A stretch of DNA of 64,000 bases. It comes from an uncultured Thermococci archaeon. GTDB lineage: Archaea; Methanobacteriota_B; Thermococci; Methanofastidiosales; B48-G16. Position numbers and translations under genes: made by a program. Under the pieces are notes generated by a model, which worked only from the letters and a program-made list of their open reading frames with translations, was not told the DNA's origin and did no database searches. This document shows positions 20,708 through 28,348 of this stretch, piece after piece. The stretch's first letter is position 1. Each line of letters begins with the position of its first letter. The DNA lies in the NCBI GenBank assembly GCA_964595645.1, contig CAZQQT010000009.1, positions 16,950 through 80,949 of the forward strand, read 5' to 3'.

Positions 20708-23185
20708 TTAAAGACACTCAATACCGAGTTTCTCTTGGATCTCTTCAGCACACTCTAGTGCTTTCAACAGCTCGTTGTTCGCGTAGATGGTATTCTGTGT
20801 CGTGTTCGCGTTGTCGAGGTGCATCTGCATCTCATCTAAGAGATCCTGCACATCATTCGGGACTTCCTCCGGAAGGTACTTCTCGATACATCCCAGACAT
20901 GTATTCACCTGCCACAGATGGAACAGTGCAACAGGTTCAAACTCCACGACTGGATTTATCGCTGATGCAATCGCCAGCTCTAGTGTGAAGGTATCTACCC
21001 CACCGTCGTCGTCCGTGACCTGCAGTGTGACCTGATGATCTCCAACAGCTGAGTAGTAGTGTGTTGTTGTCATTCCTGTAGAATCAAAGGTACCATCGCT
21101 GGTCCAATCCCATTCGTATACGGCAATTGTTCCGTCCGAATCGAAGGACGCCGACGCATCGAACGCGATGGTCTGGCCTGTCCGAGGAGCTGCCGGACTG
21201 TAGCTGAAACTGGCGGTGGGTGGATCGTTCACATCGGCTACAGAAATAGTCACCGTAGCCTCATTGGAGGTGGATCCGTCATCGTCATCAACGGTGTACG
21301 TAAAGCTATCCGTACCGTGGTAGTTCGGATCTGGCGTGTACGTAATCTCACCGGTGCTCGTGTTCACACTCGTCGATCCGTGAGAGGGTCCACCAGTGAC
21401 AGTAACTGTCGAGGGATCCAGTGTGCCGTCGCTGTCCGTATCGTTGGCCAGCACATCGATCGTGACGGCAGTATCTTCGTCCGTGCCGACGCTCTCATCG
21501 TTAGCGGTGGGTGGATCGTTCACATCGGCTACAGAAATAGTCACCGTAGCCTCATTGGAGGTGGATCCGTCATCGTCATCAACGGTGTACGTAAAGCTAT
21601 CCGTACCGTGGTAGTTCGGATCTGGCGTGTACGTAATCTCACCGGTGCTCGTGTTCACACTCGTCGATCCGTGAGAGGGTCCACCAGTGACAGTAACTGT
21701 CGAGGGATCCAGTGTGCCGTCGCTGTCCGTATCGTTGGCCAGCACATCGATCGTGACGGCAGTATCTTCGTCCGTGCCGACGCTCTCATCGTTAGCGGTG
21801 GGTGGATCGTTCACATCGACCGTTGCCGTGGTGGTATCGGTCGCACCGTCATCGTCCGTGACTTCGAGACCGATTGTGTGCGTCCCTGCAGTACTCCAGG
21901 AATGGGTCGGTTGTGAGCCAGTCGCATCATCGTAGCTTCCGTCGTTGTCCAAGTCCCAAGCATAGCTCGCGATCGAGCCGTCAGGATCCGAAGAGCCGGT
22001 ACCGTCGAGCGTAATACTCTCTCCCACATTGCCGGAATACGGGCCATTGGCATCGGCAGTGGGCAGAGCGTTAGCTTCGGTGGTGACAGAATCATCATTG
22101 GTTACCGTTGAGTCCGACTGCGACGTCGCAGTTAACGTTGTCATATCAGTACCAGCCGATGTTGCAGTAACTTGAACCTGAACTGTCGCAGATGAGCCGG
22201 CGCCGATAGTCACGGTATTACCACCGGGAAGAGAGACATCCCACCCTTGACTGGAACTGACGGAGAGGTCAAAGGTGTCCGAAGAGCTCTGCAGATTCTG
22301 CACAGTGAAATCATAAGTGAACGTATCACCAACATTGCCGCTCTGTCCTGCTGGAGCCATGACCTGCACATCGCCAGATTCGGTCCATTTCTCGATGGCC
22401 TTAATCTCCCAAGTCTCTCCAGGAGAGAGTGTGGCTCTGTCCCACTCCACAGCGTAGCCAGCGTCAACGTAATTTGGATCAACGGTGTCGGGAAGATTAC
22501 TCCCACTATTCATTGCGTTTGTGACACTGGAGTAGGTGTCCTCGTAATAGTGGTCTATCGGTGAGGTGGTGGTACCCAGCAGCCCCATGATGCCGGTAAC
22601 ACCACTGTTGGTGAGATACACCATGTCCAAGCTGGAATCATAGTGGCCGTTCGAACTGTCTAAACCGCCAAAATAGGTGTCGCCTCCACGTATGAAGTAA
22701 AGGTCGGTATACGTTGTACTCCCCGTGTTCTCGATGACCCATTCCATGTTGTAATACTTGGCGCCATCAGTGTACGTAACCGTCTGTGTAATCCGAATCC
22801 CCGTACTACCAGCCTCGTAGACGGTTACAATGGTCCACGCGTCGGGTTTGCTGTTAGAAATAGGGGTGAAATCAGTGCACGAGCTACAGTCTGCCGTGCT
22901 GGCACCGGAGCAGTCAAACCCCATGCTCCCGCTGTTCAGCCATAAGACGTTGTTACAGGCATCGGCGCTATAATACTGATAACCGGATGCCCAGTTGTCA
23001 TAGTAAGGTTCAATCCGACCGGTATCGTGTACGTCGATATCAATTGGATCGCCACTGATGCTCTGAGTTGCCGCTCTGACAGGCATAGCACCCAGGACAA
23101 GAAGTATGCTGACTACCATACCTACTGCAATTCCCTGTCGAATAAGTGTAGAAACTGTAGTGCTTCTTAGTTTACGTTTCTTCAT
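20708..23185 (-). CDS. secreted PKD/cadherin-like repeat protein (adhesin-like)
   Basis: 825 aa. N-terminal signal sequence (…LVLGAMPVRAATQ), two PKD-like modules (DANGPYSG...WDLDNDGSYD; FDASASFDSDGTI..WDWTSDG), two identical 97-aa cadherin-like modules (VLANDTDSDGTLDPSTVTV). GGAGGT SD 7 nt before the ATG. Confidence 0.8.
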   Translation of the reverse strand: MKKRKLRSTTVSTLIRQGIAVGMVVSILLVLGAMPVRAATQSISGDPIDIDVHDTGRIEPYYDNWASGYQYYSADACNNVLWLNSGSMGFDCSGASTADCSSCTDFTPISNSKPDAWTIVTVYEAGSTGIRITQTVTYTDGAKYYNMEWVIENTGSTTYTDLYFIRGGDTYFGGLDSSNGHYDSSLDMVYLTNSGVTGIMGLLGTTTSPIDHYYEDTYSSVTNAMNSGSNLPDTVDPNYVDAGYAVEWDRATLSPGETWEIKAIEKWTESGDVQVMAPAGQSGNVGDTFTYDFTVQNLQSSSDTFDLSVSSSQGWDVSLPGGNTVTIGAGSSATVQVQVTATSAGTDMTTLTATSQSDSTVTNDDSVTTEANALPTADANGPYSGNVGESITLDGTGSSDPDGSIASYAWDLDNDGSYDDATGSQPTHSWSTAGTHTIGLEVTDDDGATDTTTATVDVNDPPTANDESVGTDEDTAVTIDVLANDTDSDGTLDPSTVTVTGGPSHGSTSVNTSTGEITYTPDPNYHGTDSFTYTVDDDDGSTSNEATVTISVADVNDPPTANDESVGTDEDTAVTIDVLANDTDSDGTLDPSTVTVTGGPSHGSTSVNTSTGEITYTPDPNYHGTDSFTYTVDDDDGSTSNEATVTISVADVNDPPTASFSYSPAAPRTGQTIAFDASASFDSDGTIAVYEWDWTSDGTFDSTGMTTTHYYSAVGDHQVTLQVTDDDGGVDTFTLELAIASAINPVVEFEPVALFHLWQVNTCLGCIEKYLPEEVPNDVQDLLDEMQMHLDNANTTQNTIYANNELLKALECAEEIQEKLGIECL
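21213..21818. repeat. perfect 291-bp tandem duplication (2 full copies plus a 24-bp partial third) inside the adhesin-like CDS
   Basis: 21213-21503 and 21504-21794 matched base-for-base across every line I compared by eye. 21795-21818 repeats the first 24 bp. The period is 97 codons, so the frame is preserved. Confidence 0.9.
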
Positions 23186-23260
23186 ACTATTACCTCCTTC
23201 AATTTTTCTTTCACGCTATTCACTCCTAACTTTCGTATACTTCTATAACTTCTTATACTT

Positions 23261-23270
23261 CTATTTATAA
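23261..23270 (-). promoter_or_regulatory. TATA-box candidate for the adhesin-like gene
   Basis: Minus strand reads TTATAAATAG, 76 nt upstream of the ATG at 23185. Confidence 0.4.
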
Positions 23271-23275
23271 GGTTT

Positions 23276-23285
23276 GGGGGGGGGG
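23276..23285. repeat. G10 (C10 on the coding strand) homopolymer tract immediately upstream of the TATA box
   Basis: Direct reading: ggttt-gggggggggg-attgc. Confidence 0.9.
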
Positions 23286-23463
23286 ATTGCGTCTCTAAAC
23301 TGCCTATTTAAGAAAATTTTAGATGTTTCTATTTCTCTGCCATCACACAGAAATATGAAGAATGAGTATTTTGATAATCTTAAGGGGCAGTATTTTATTA
23401 AATAAGTTAGCAAGAACAAAGAATCCAGAAATGAACTTTAATTTAGAAAAGCAGCTAAAAGTA

Positions 23464-23548
23464 TGCGGGGGACGGGAGTTGAACCCGCGGATCCCTACGG
23501 AACTAGGCCCTCAACCTAGCGCCTTTGGCCAGGCTCGGCAACCCCCGC
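23464..23548 (-). tRNA. tRNA-Leu (anticodon GAG), long variable arm, no encoded CCA
   Basis: Manual fold of GCGGGGGTTGCCGAGCCTGGCCAAAGGCGCTAGGTTGAGGGCCTAGTTCCGTAGGGATCCGCGGGTTCAACTCCCGTCCCCCGCA. 7-bp acceptor stem, anticodon stem CTAGG/CCTAG with loop TTGAGGG, T-loop TTCAACT. Confidence 0.9.
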
Positions 23549-24277
23549 AAGTGCATCAATAAACCTGTCACATTTTTCTTCTATCACTTCTGTGGCGACC
23601 CTTATTAAATCCTTTGTGCTCATGTTCCCGTAATTCTCAATGGTGAAAATAAACTTTCGTGGATCGTGATCTATAGAGATAGCTGCAAGATCGCATGCCT
23701 CTTCGCACGCTTTGCAGAGTGTACACTCCTCAATGTGCTCGACCTCCACCGTATCGTCGACGAGGTTAAGAATATCTTTTGGACACGCCTCAATACATGC
23801 CTCACAGAGATCACATTTCTCATCGATGGTAATGATGGGAAATGCCTTGTAAAATGCCAGACAGGACTGATATTTTGCATGATCTTGCGCTGTTCCCACA
23901 GTGGCGATGCAGTTCACGCTTATCTTCTGATTTTCTCCAAGTTTGGCAATGGGGATCTCTCCTACTGTCGGTTTTACAAGATCATCCTCAGAGATCATGT
24001 CCTGTGAGTAGACGATTCCTGGGCCCTCCTTTTCAATACTGAGTGTTACCTCTCTCGTAACGCCTGGAGGTGTGTGGAGCGGAACAAGTCCGATCCGGTG
24101 GGCAAGAACTTCGTCGTAGAGGATAGACGTGTTTTCATACACAATGAGATGATCCACTGCATAAAGCGGAATCTCTGAGAGAAGAACCCTTCTCAAAGCG
24201 TTCACAACCCCTACATCGACATCCTCTATCATGAACTGTGCCTTTGAATCCGTTGTGGACAGCAGTGTGATATTCAT
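23516..24277 (-). CDS. rpoD: DNA-directed RNA polymerase subunit D (Rpo3) with ferredoxin-like 4Fe-4S domain
   Basis: 253 aa. [12 protein letters not shown] motif, [12 protein letters not shown] and [11 protein letters not shown] cluster motifs. Follows S11. The last 10 codons plus the stop lie inside the tRNA-Leu gene. Confidence 0.9.
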   Translation of the reverse strand: MNITLLSTTDSKAQFMIEDVDVGVVNALRRVLLSEIPLYAVDHLIVYENTSILYDEVLAHRIGLVPLHTPPGVTREVTLSIEKEGPGIVYSQDMISEDDLVKPTVGEIPIAKLGENQKISVNCIATVGTAQDHAKYQSCLAFYKAFPIITIDEKCDLCEACIEACPKDILNLVDDTVEVEHIEECTLCKACEEACDLAAISIDHDPRKFIFTIENYGNMSTKDLIRVATEVIEEKCDRFIDALAGVAEPGQRR

Positions 24278-24666
24278 ATCCTTCGTCCTCGTTTCCCACC
24301 TTTAGGTCGTGTACCATCATGGGGTATTGGAGTCACATCCTCAATTCGTCCTATTCGTAACCGCGCCCGGGATAATGCTCGGATCGCAGCCTGTGCTCCT
24401 GGACCCGGATTCTTGTTTTGATTCCCGCCGGGAGCTCTCACTTTGATATGTACAGCTGAAATCCCTCGTTCCTGTGCCTGTTCGGCTGCAATTGCTGCTG
24501 CCTTCATAGCTGCGTAGGGAGAAGACTCCTCCCTATCTGTCTTCACAACCATTCCTCCAGACACCCGTGCAATCGTCTCTGCACCGCTGAGATCTGTAAT
24601 ATGAATAATTGTGTTGTTGAACGACGCGTAGATATGGGCAACGCCCCATTTCTCATTTTTTGCCAT
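24274..24666 (-). CDS. rps11: 30S ribosomal protein S11
   Basis: 130 aa. [18 protein letters not shown]... is the S11 signature. Confidence 0.95.
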   Translation of the reverse strand: MAKNEKWGVAHIYASFNNTIIHITDLSGAETIARVSGGMVVKTDREESSPYAAMKAAAIAAEQAQERGISAVHIKVRAPGGNQNKNPGPGAQAAIRALSRARLRIGRIEDVTPIPHDGTRPKGGKRGRRI

Positions 24667-24670
24667 ATTA

Positions 24671-25141
24671 TCACTCCCTCCTTCCTATTGTTCCTTCTTT
24701 TCTCTCGCTCACAAGCATACTCGGACAGGTCGCGACTTGTTCATCGAGCATGATGTGACGATGAGCAATTAACTGTCGAGCCTCCCTCGGTGTACGTGCC
24801 AGACCTTTTCTAAATACCACCGACTGAAGTCTCCTGTCCAAGATATCTTGGAGATCCAGTTCTAGGATATTATCGAGGTTTGCGTCTTCCTTCAGGATCC
24901 CAAGTCTCTGAAGTTTTTGGATCAGTTCTCGTTCTTCTTTTTTTGCTTCTTCGCCTGTCGATGCCAGAAGAAGCCTCGCCTGTCGTCGATACTTCCTCAA
25001 CCTCGACTCAGCCTTCCAGAGCTCCTTTTTGTTTTTCAGGCCATATTTTCGTAAAAGCTCATCTTCACGATCCATTCTGTCTTTCTGCCATGGATGAGGA
25101 GGTGTCTCATACTTTTTTCTTGATTTCTTTGGATGCCCCAT
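24671..25141 (-). CDS. rps4: 30S ribosomal protein S4
   Basis: 156 aa. [11 protein letters not shown]-terminus and an S4 RNA-binding domain ([25 protein letters not shown]). Confidence 0.9.
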   Translation of the reverse strand: MGHPKKSRKKYETPPHPWQKDRMDREDELLRKYGLKNKKELWKAESRLRKYRRQARLLLASTGEEAKKEERELIQKLQRLGILKEDANLDNILELDLQDILDRRLQSVVFRKGLARTPREARQLIAHRHIMLDEQVATCPSMLVSERKEGTIGRRE

Positions 25142-25145
25142 TCAA

Positions 25146-25634
25146 TCACCCCTCTTCTTCCTCGCGGCGCCGTCGCTCTCTTCTTCGTTCTATTCTCTTA
25201 CGGCTTACACCGATTGCACCACCAGTTCTAAAGCTTGACTTGGTCTTCTGTCCTCTCACAGGGAGACCCAACCCGTGCCTGATACCTCTGTACGAGTTTA
25301 TTCTCTTGAGTCTATTGATATCCTCTCTTTGTGCCATGGTAAGATCTGCTTCGATTACGTGCTTATCCTCACCTGTCTCGTAATCTTTCCTCCTGTTTAA
25401 CATCCATGATGGAATACCAATCTCTTTTGGATCCTCTAACGCATTCTTTATCTCTTCGACCGTTGTATCATCGAGTTCACCAAACTTTGTCTCGGGATCG
25501 ATATCCAAGGCCCGAACAATACCTCGCGATACATTTATTCCAATTCCTTGCAATTTGGTTAACGCTAACGCTACCTTCTTATTTCCGTCTAAATCGACGC
25601 CTGCTACACGTATTATGTGTTTGAATTCGCTCAT
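25146..25634 (-). CDS. rps13: 30S ribosomal protein S13
   Basis: 162 aa. IRVAGVDLDGNKKV..LTKLQGIG..YRGIRHGLGLPVRGQKTK. Confidence 0.95.
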   Translation of the reverse strand: MSEFKHIIRVAGVDLDGNKKVALALTKLQGIGINVSRGIVRALDIDPETKFGELDDTTVEEIKNALEDPKEIGIPSWMLNRRKDYETGEDKHVIEADLTMAQREDINRLKRINSYRGIRHGLGLPVRGQKTKSSFRTGGAIGVSRKRIERRRERRRREEEEG

Positions 25635-25667
25635 TATGAATCAACTCCGTATATATTCCAATTATAA

Positions 25668-25752
25668 CGCCGGGGAGGGGATTTGAACCCCCGTTCTCCA
25701 GAGGAGAACGAGCTCTCCAGGCTCGCGCCTTTCCGGTCTCGGCAACCCCGGC
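25668..25752 (-). tRNA. tRNA-Ser (anticodon GGA), long variable arm
   Basis: Manual fold of GCCGGGGTTGCCGAGACCGGAAAGGCGCGAGCCTGGAGAGCTCGTTCTCCTCTGGAGAACGGGGGTTCAAATCCCCTCCCCGGCG. Anticodon stem CGAGC/GCTCG with loop CTGGAGA. Confidence 0.9.
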
Positions 25753-25777
25753 ACACCTTGTATGTGATCTCTCAAGA

Positions 25778-25787
25778 TTTATATATC
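25778..25787 (-). promoter_or_regulatory. TATA-box candidate for tRNA-Ser/S13 operon
   Basis: Minus strand ATATATAAAT, about 26-35 nt upstream of the tRNA 5' end. Confidence 0.45.
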
Positions 25788-25790
25788 TTT

Positions 25791-26711
25791 TTATGAATTT
25801 ACCTTCCATACACGAGGATAGGTACCCCGTTCCATGAGCACCCGGTCAGTGACCACAGCCACATCGTCCTTCTCCATTATCTCGCTAGAGCTCATTGCAG
25901 CGGTTCCCAATGCAACCAGCTCATCTTTGCATGTCATGATAGCAACACGTTGATCCGGCTCAATACTCTCACATCTCTCAACGCCAACTGTCATCAGATT
26001 CGCGCCGTGACAGATCGCGTCGACAGCTGTACTCTTAATCCATACCCTCGGGATATTTATACCTTCTTCTATTGGACGCACACATCGACGGATCTCGTCC
26101 TCTATACCCTGCTCCTTCCAGAATGTGTACGCATCGAGGAGTTCGTGGAGTGTCACTCCCTTGTCCTCTGTGAACATTCCAACACTGGTTCTCCTAAGAT
26201 CCTCCATATTTGCTCCTGTGCCAAGGGCTTCGCCGATATCGTAGCATAATTTTCGAATGTAGGTCCCTGCCTCACATCTCACTCTCATGAGGACGTTATT
26301 CTCTTTTATCTCCAATATGGATATGTCTTTGATCTCTTTCACCCGAACTCTTCGTTTTACAGCTGATTTCACCGGAGGTTTCTGATATATTTTTCCAGTG
26401 AACTCTTCACAGATTGCATGGATCCTCTCCTCTGGTGCCGTGGAGTGGAGACGCATTGCACACACATACTCTTTATCCGAGGTGAGCAGGAGATTCATCA
26501 CCCGTGTCGCCTTCTGTGTTCCAACGACAAGTACCCCTGTCACACTGGGATCGAGTGTTCCTGAGTGTCCTGCCTTCTCTATCTCCAGTATCCTCTTCAC
26601 CCAGGCTACAACCTCGTGGGCTGTAGGGCCTGCGGGTTTATCAAGGATTATCATTCCCCTTTCTATCAGTTCATCCACTGTTCTCTCTTCTGGAGGTGAT
26701 CCATACTTCAT
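25791..26711 (-). CDS. cbf5: tRNA/rRNA pseudouridine synthase Cbf5 (H/ACA RNP catalytic subunit, TruB family with PUA domain)
   Basis: 306 aa. ILDKPAGPTAHEVV, GHSGTLDPSVTGVL catalytic Asp motif, C-terminal PUA. Confidence 0.9.
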   Translation of the reverse strand: MKYGSPPEERTVDELIERGMIILDKPAGPTAHEVVAWVKRILEIEKAGHSGTLDPSVTGVLVVGTQKATRVMNLLLTSDKEYVCAMRLHSTAPEERIHAICEEFTGKIYQKPPVKSAVKRRVRVKEIKDISILEIKENNVLMRVRCEAGTYIRKLCYDIGEALGTGANMEDLRRTSVGMFTEDKGVTLHELLDAYTFWKEQGIEDEIRRCVRPIEEGINIPRVWIKSTAVDAICHGANLMTVGVERCESIEPDQRVAIMTCKDELVALGTAAMSSSEIMEKDDVAVVTDRVLMERGTYPRVWKVNS

Positions 26712-26716
26712 AACGC

Positions 26717-26932
26717 TTACCCTAGTGCGCGTCTGATTTGTTCATCTGATGCGTCTTCTCCTATATCCTTCACTTCCGGATGAAGCTCGAGATGTTTTAT
26801 GTTACATCTTTTTCTTTTTACGTGGGGACCTGAAACAACAACGTAATTTTCATCGATGACATCTACAATGATACATTTATTTCCTGCTTCTCTTCCCGCG
26901 AGTTTTGTACATACTCTTCCGATTTCTACCAT
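26717..26932 (-). CDS. rpl14e: 50S ribosomal protein L14e
   Basis: 71 aa KOW-type protein: GRVCTKLAGREAGNKCIIVDVID. Confidence 0.85.
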   Translation of the reverse strand: MVEIGRVCTKLAGREAGNKCIIVDVIDENYVVVSGPHVKRKRCNIKHLELHPEVKDIGEDASDEQIRRALG

Positions 26933-27450
26933 TCTCTCACCTCAATTGCCTTCTCGATTATTTTGTACACTCCTGCAGGCACCCATTTGCCTGTGTTGAT
27001 TATCAGATCATATATGGAAAGATCGTCGAGATCCACCCCATAGAACTTCTTGTATCTCTTTTTCTCACTTTTTTCTCTTTTTTTTATCTCTTTTTTACTT
27101 TTTCCATGATCCTTTTTCTCTCTGCCCCCCACCCTCCTTGCTCGGATTTCGAAGGGGGCTGTGAGCCATATTTTCAGATCGGCATTGACAAAATGTGCCG
27201 CCATTCTCCCTTCCACAACACAGTCGTGATGCTGTTCCGCAAGTTCCTTCTGTTTCTCATCGACTATCTTATCTATCTCATCATTTTTTTCGGCATGCTC
27301 ACTAAACTCTTCTAAACTCATATTCTGCTCTTTGGCAAGCTCCCGGAAGATCATTCCTGCGTATATGTGTTTATACCCTAAATTTCGCTCTATCAGCCGT
27401 GCTGAGGTGGTTGTACCACTTCCTGGGAGTCCACCAATTGTGATCTTCAT
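26926..27450 (-). CDS. cmk: cytidylate kinase (archaeal type)
   Basis: 174 aa. P-loop GGLPGSGTTT. Conserved position between L34e and L14e. Confidence 0.8.
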   Translation of the reverse strand: MKITIGGLPGSGTTTSARLIERNLGYKHIYAGMIFRELAKEQNMSLEEFSEHAEKNDEIDKIVDEKQKELAEQHHDCVVEGRMAAHFVNADLKIWLTAPFEIRARRVGGREKKDHGKSKKEIKKREKSEKKRYKKFYGVDLDDLSIYDLIINTGKWVPAGVYKIIEKAIEVREW

Positions 27451-27716
27451 AGTTCGTCTCTAACCCTCTTCCTAATCATTTTTCTCATGCAGTTGGAGCA
27501 CAGGTAGCCGCCGTAGGGTCGTGTTGGGCTCTTTTTACTTTTATTCGATTTTTTTATTTCATTTGTAGTCCCTCGGGGCACACCATGAAGCTCCGCTCCA
27601 CAGTGTGCACATTTAGACTTTCCGTGTGCTCTTTTCTCGTAGTGAACGGCTTCTTTGCCACCTGGAGTCTTCACCTTCTTCTTTTTTAATGATCGCGATC
27701 GATACATTCCTCTCAT
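27447..27716 (-). CDS. rpl34e: 50S ribosomal protein L34e
   Basis: Start taken at MRGMYRSRSLKK (GGTGAT upstream). CAHCG...CSNCM zinc-ribbon-like cysteines. Confidence 0.85.
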   Translation of the reverse strand: MRGMYRSRSLKKKKVKTPGGKEAVHYEKRAHGKSKCAHCGAELHGVPRGTTNEIKKSNKSKKSPTRPYGGYLCSNCMRKMIRKRVRDEL

Positions 27717-27727
27717 ACTATCACCTT

Positions 27728-28348
27728 TTATACCATGTTCAACAACTTTCTCCACGTCTGACCAAATACCATGGCGCAGAGGAAGTAGAGACCGTACGCA
27801 CCAAGGAGGTTCGCTGCCATCTCACCGTGGAAATATCCGAAGAACCATCCTATCACAGGAAGATCGAACAATGGGAAGGGCAGTTCAAGGATTGGTACGC
27901 CATACGCTGCAGTATGTCTGAACCATGCGAAAAGGATAAATATTGGTGCCATTGTAATGAGCAGCGGCTTCATCGTCATTCCCGTCATTTTTGCATTCAG
28001 TTCGTTGATGCGTTTCTTCTGACCCTCCAATTTTCTTATTTCTTTTTTGTTGCCCTTCTTCTTGGCCTTCATGAGCCTGCTTCTATAGTCTGAGACTTCT
28101 TCTCGGATCTCTTTTACCTCGTCGTAATCGACCATCCAGTAGTTTACCAAGGTGATGAATATAGAGATCAGTAAGGCAACGAGTATCACTCCCAAAATGT
28201 ACTCTGTGTACACCTGTACAGGCTCTCCTTTTACCATCGCCTCAACGTAGCTAGCATTTTCTCGAACGGGAAAAAAACTCCCGAAGATCGAATCGAAAAA
28301 TCCGTAAAACACATTCATTATTGAATCTAATACACTCATTCTACTCAC
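27728..28348 (-). CDS. DUF106/EMC3-TMCO1-like membrane protein (archaeal Oxa1/YidC-superfamily candidate)
   Basis: 206 aa, three TM segments with a central basic coiled region (RSRLMKAKKKGNKKEIRKLEGQKKRINELNAKM). Conserved position after secY. Confidence 0.7.
   Translation of the reverse strand: MSRMSVLDSIMNVFYGFFDSIFGSFFPVRENASYVEAMVKGEPVQVYTEYILGVILVALLISIFITLVNYWMVDYDEVKEIREEVSDYRSRLMKAKKKGNKKEIRKLEGQKKRINELNAKMTGMTMKPLLITMAPIFILFAWFRHTAAYGVPILELPFPLFDLPVIGWFFGYFHGEMAANLLGAYGLYFLCAMVFGQTWRKLLNMV

Noticed and set aside
21213-21818. Possible CRISPR-like or satellite repeat
   Set aside because: There are only two directly abutting 291-bp copies with no spacers. They are in-frame and encode a complete protein module, and there are no cas genes in the window.
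21059-21916. 285-aa plus-strand ORF (and neighbouring plus-strand ORFs) with an internal repeat
   Set aside because: It is antisense to the adhesin-like CDS. Its repeat is simply the reverse-strand image of the 291-bp duplication, and its Arg/Gly/Val-rich composition is typical of shadow frames in G+C-richer coding DNA.
19801-23548. Integrated mobile element or provirus at tRNA-Leu
   Set aside because: No integrase, transposase or viral genes are present, and I did not spot a direct repeat of the tRNA 3' end in the intergenic regions I scanned by eye. It is kept only as a synteny-break observation, and a computational repeat search is still needed.
23362-23562. 66-aa plus-strand ORF near tRNA-Leu; also the 76-aa minus-strand ORF at 25579-25809
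   Set aside because: Both are read through tRNA genes (Leu and Ser respectively), and their C- or N-terminal parts are just translated tRNA sequence.
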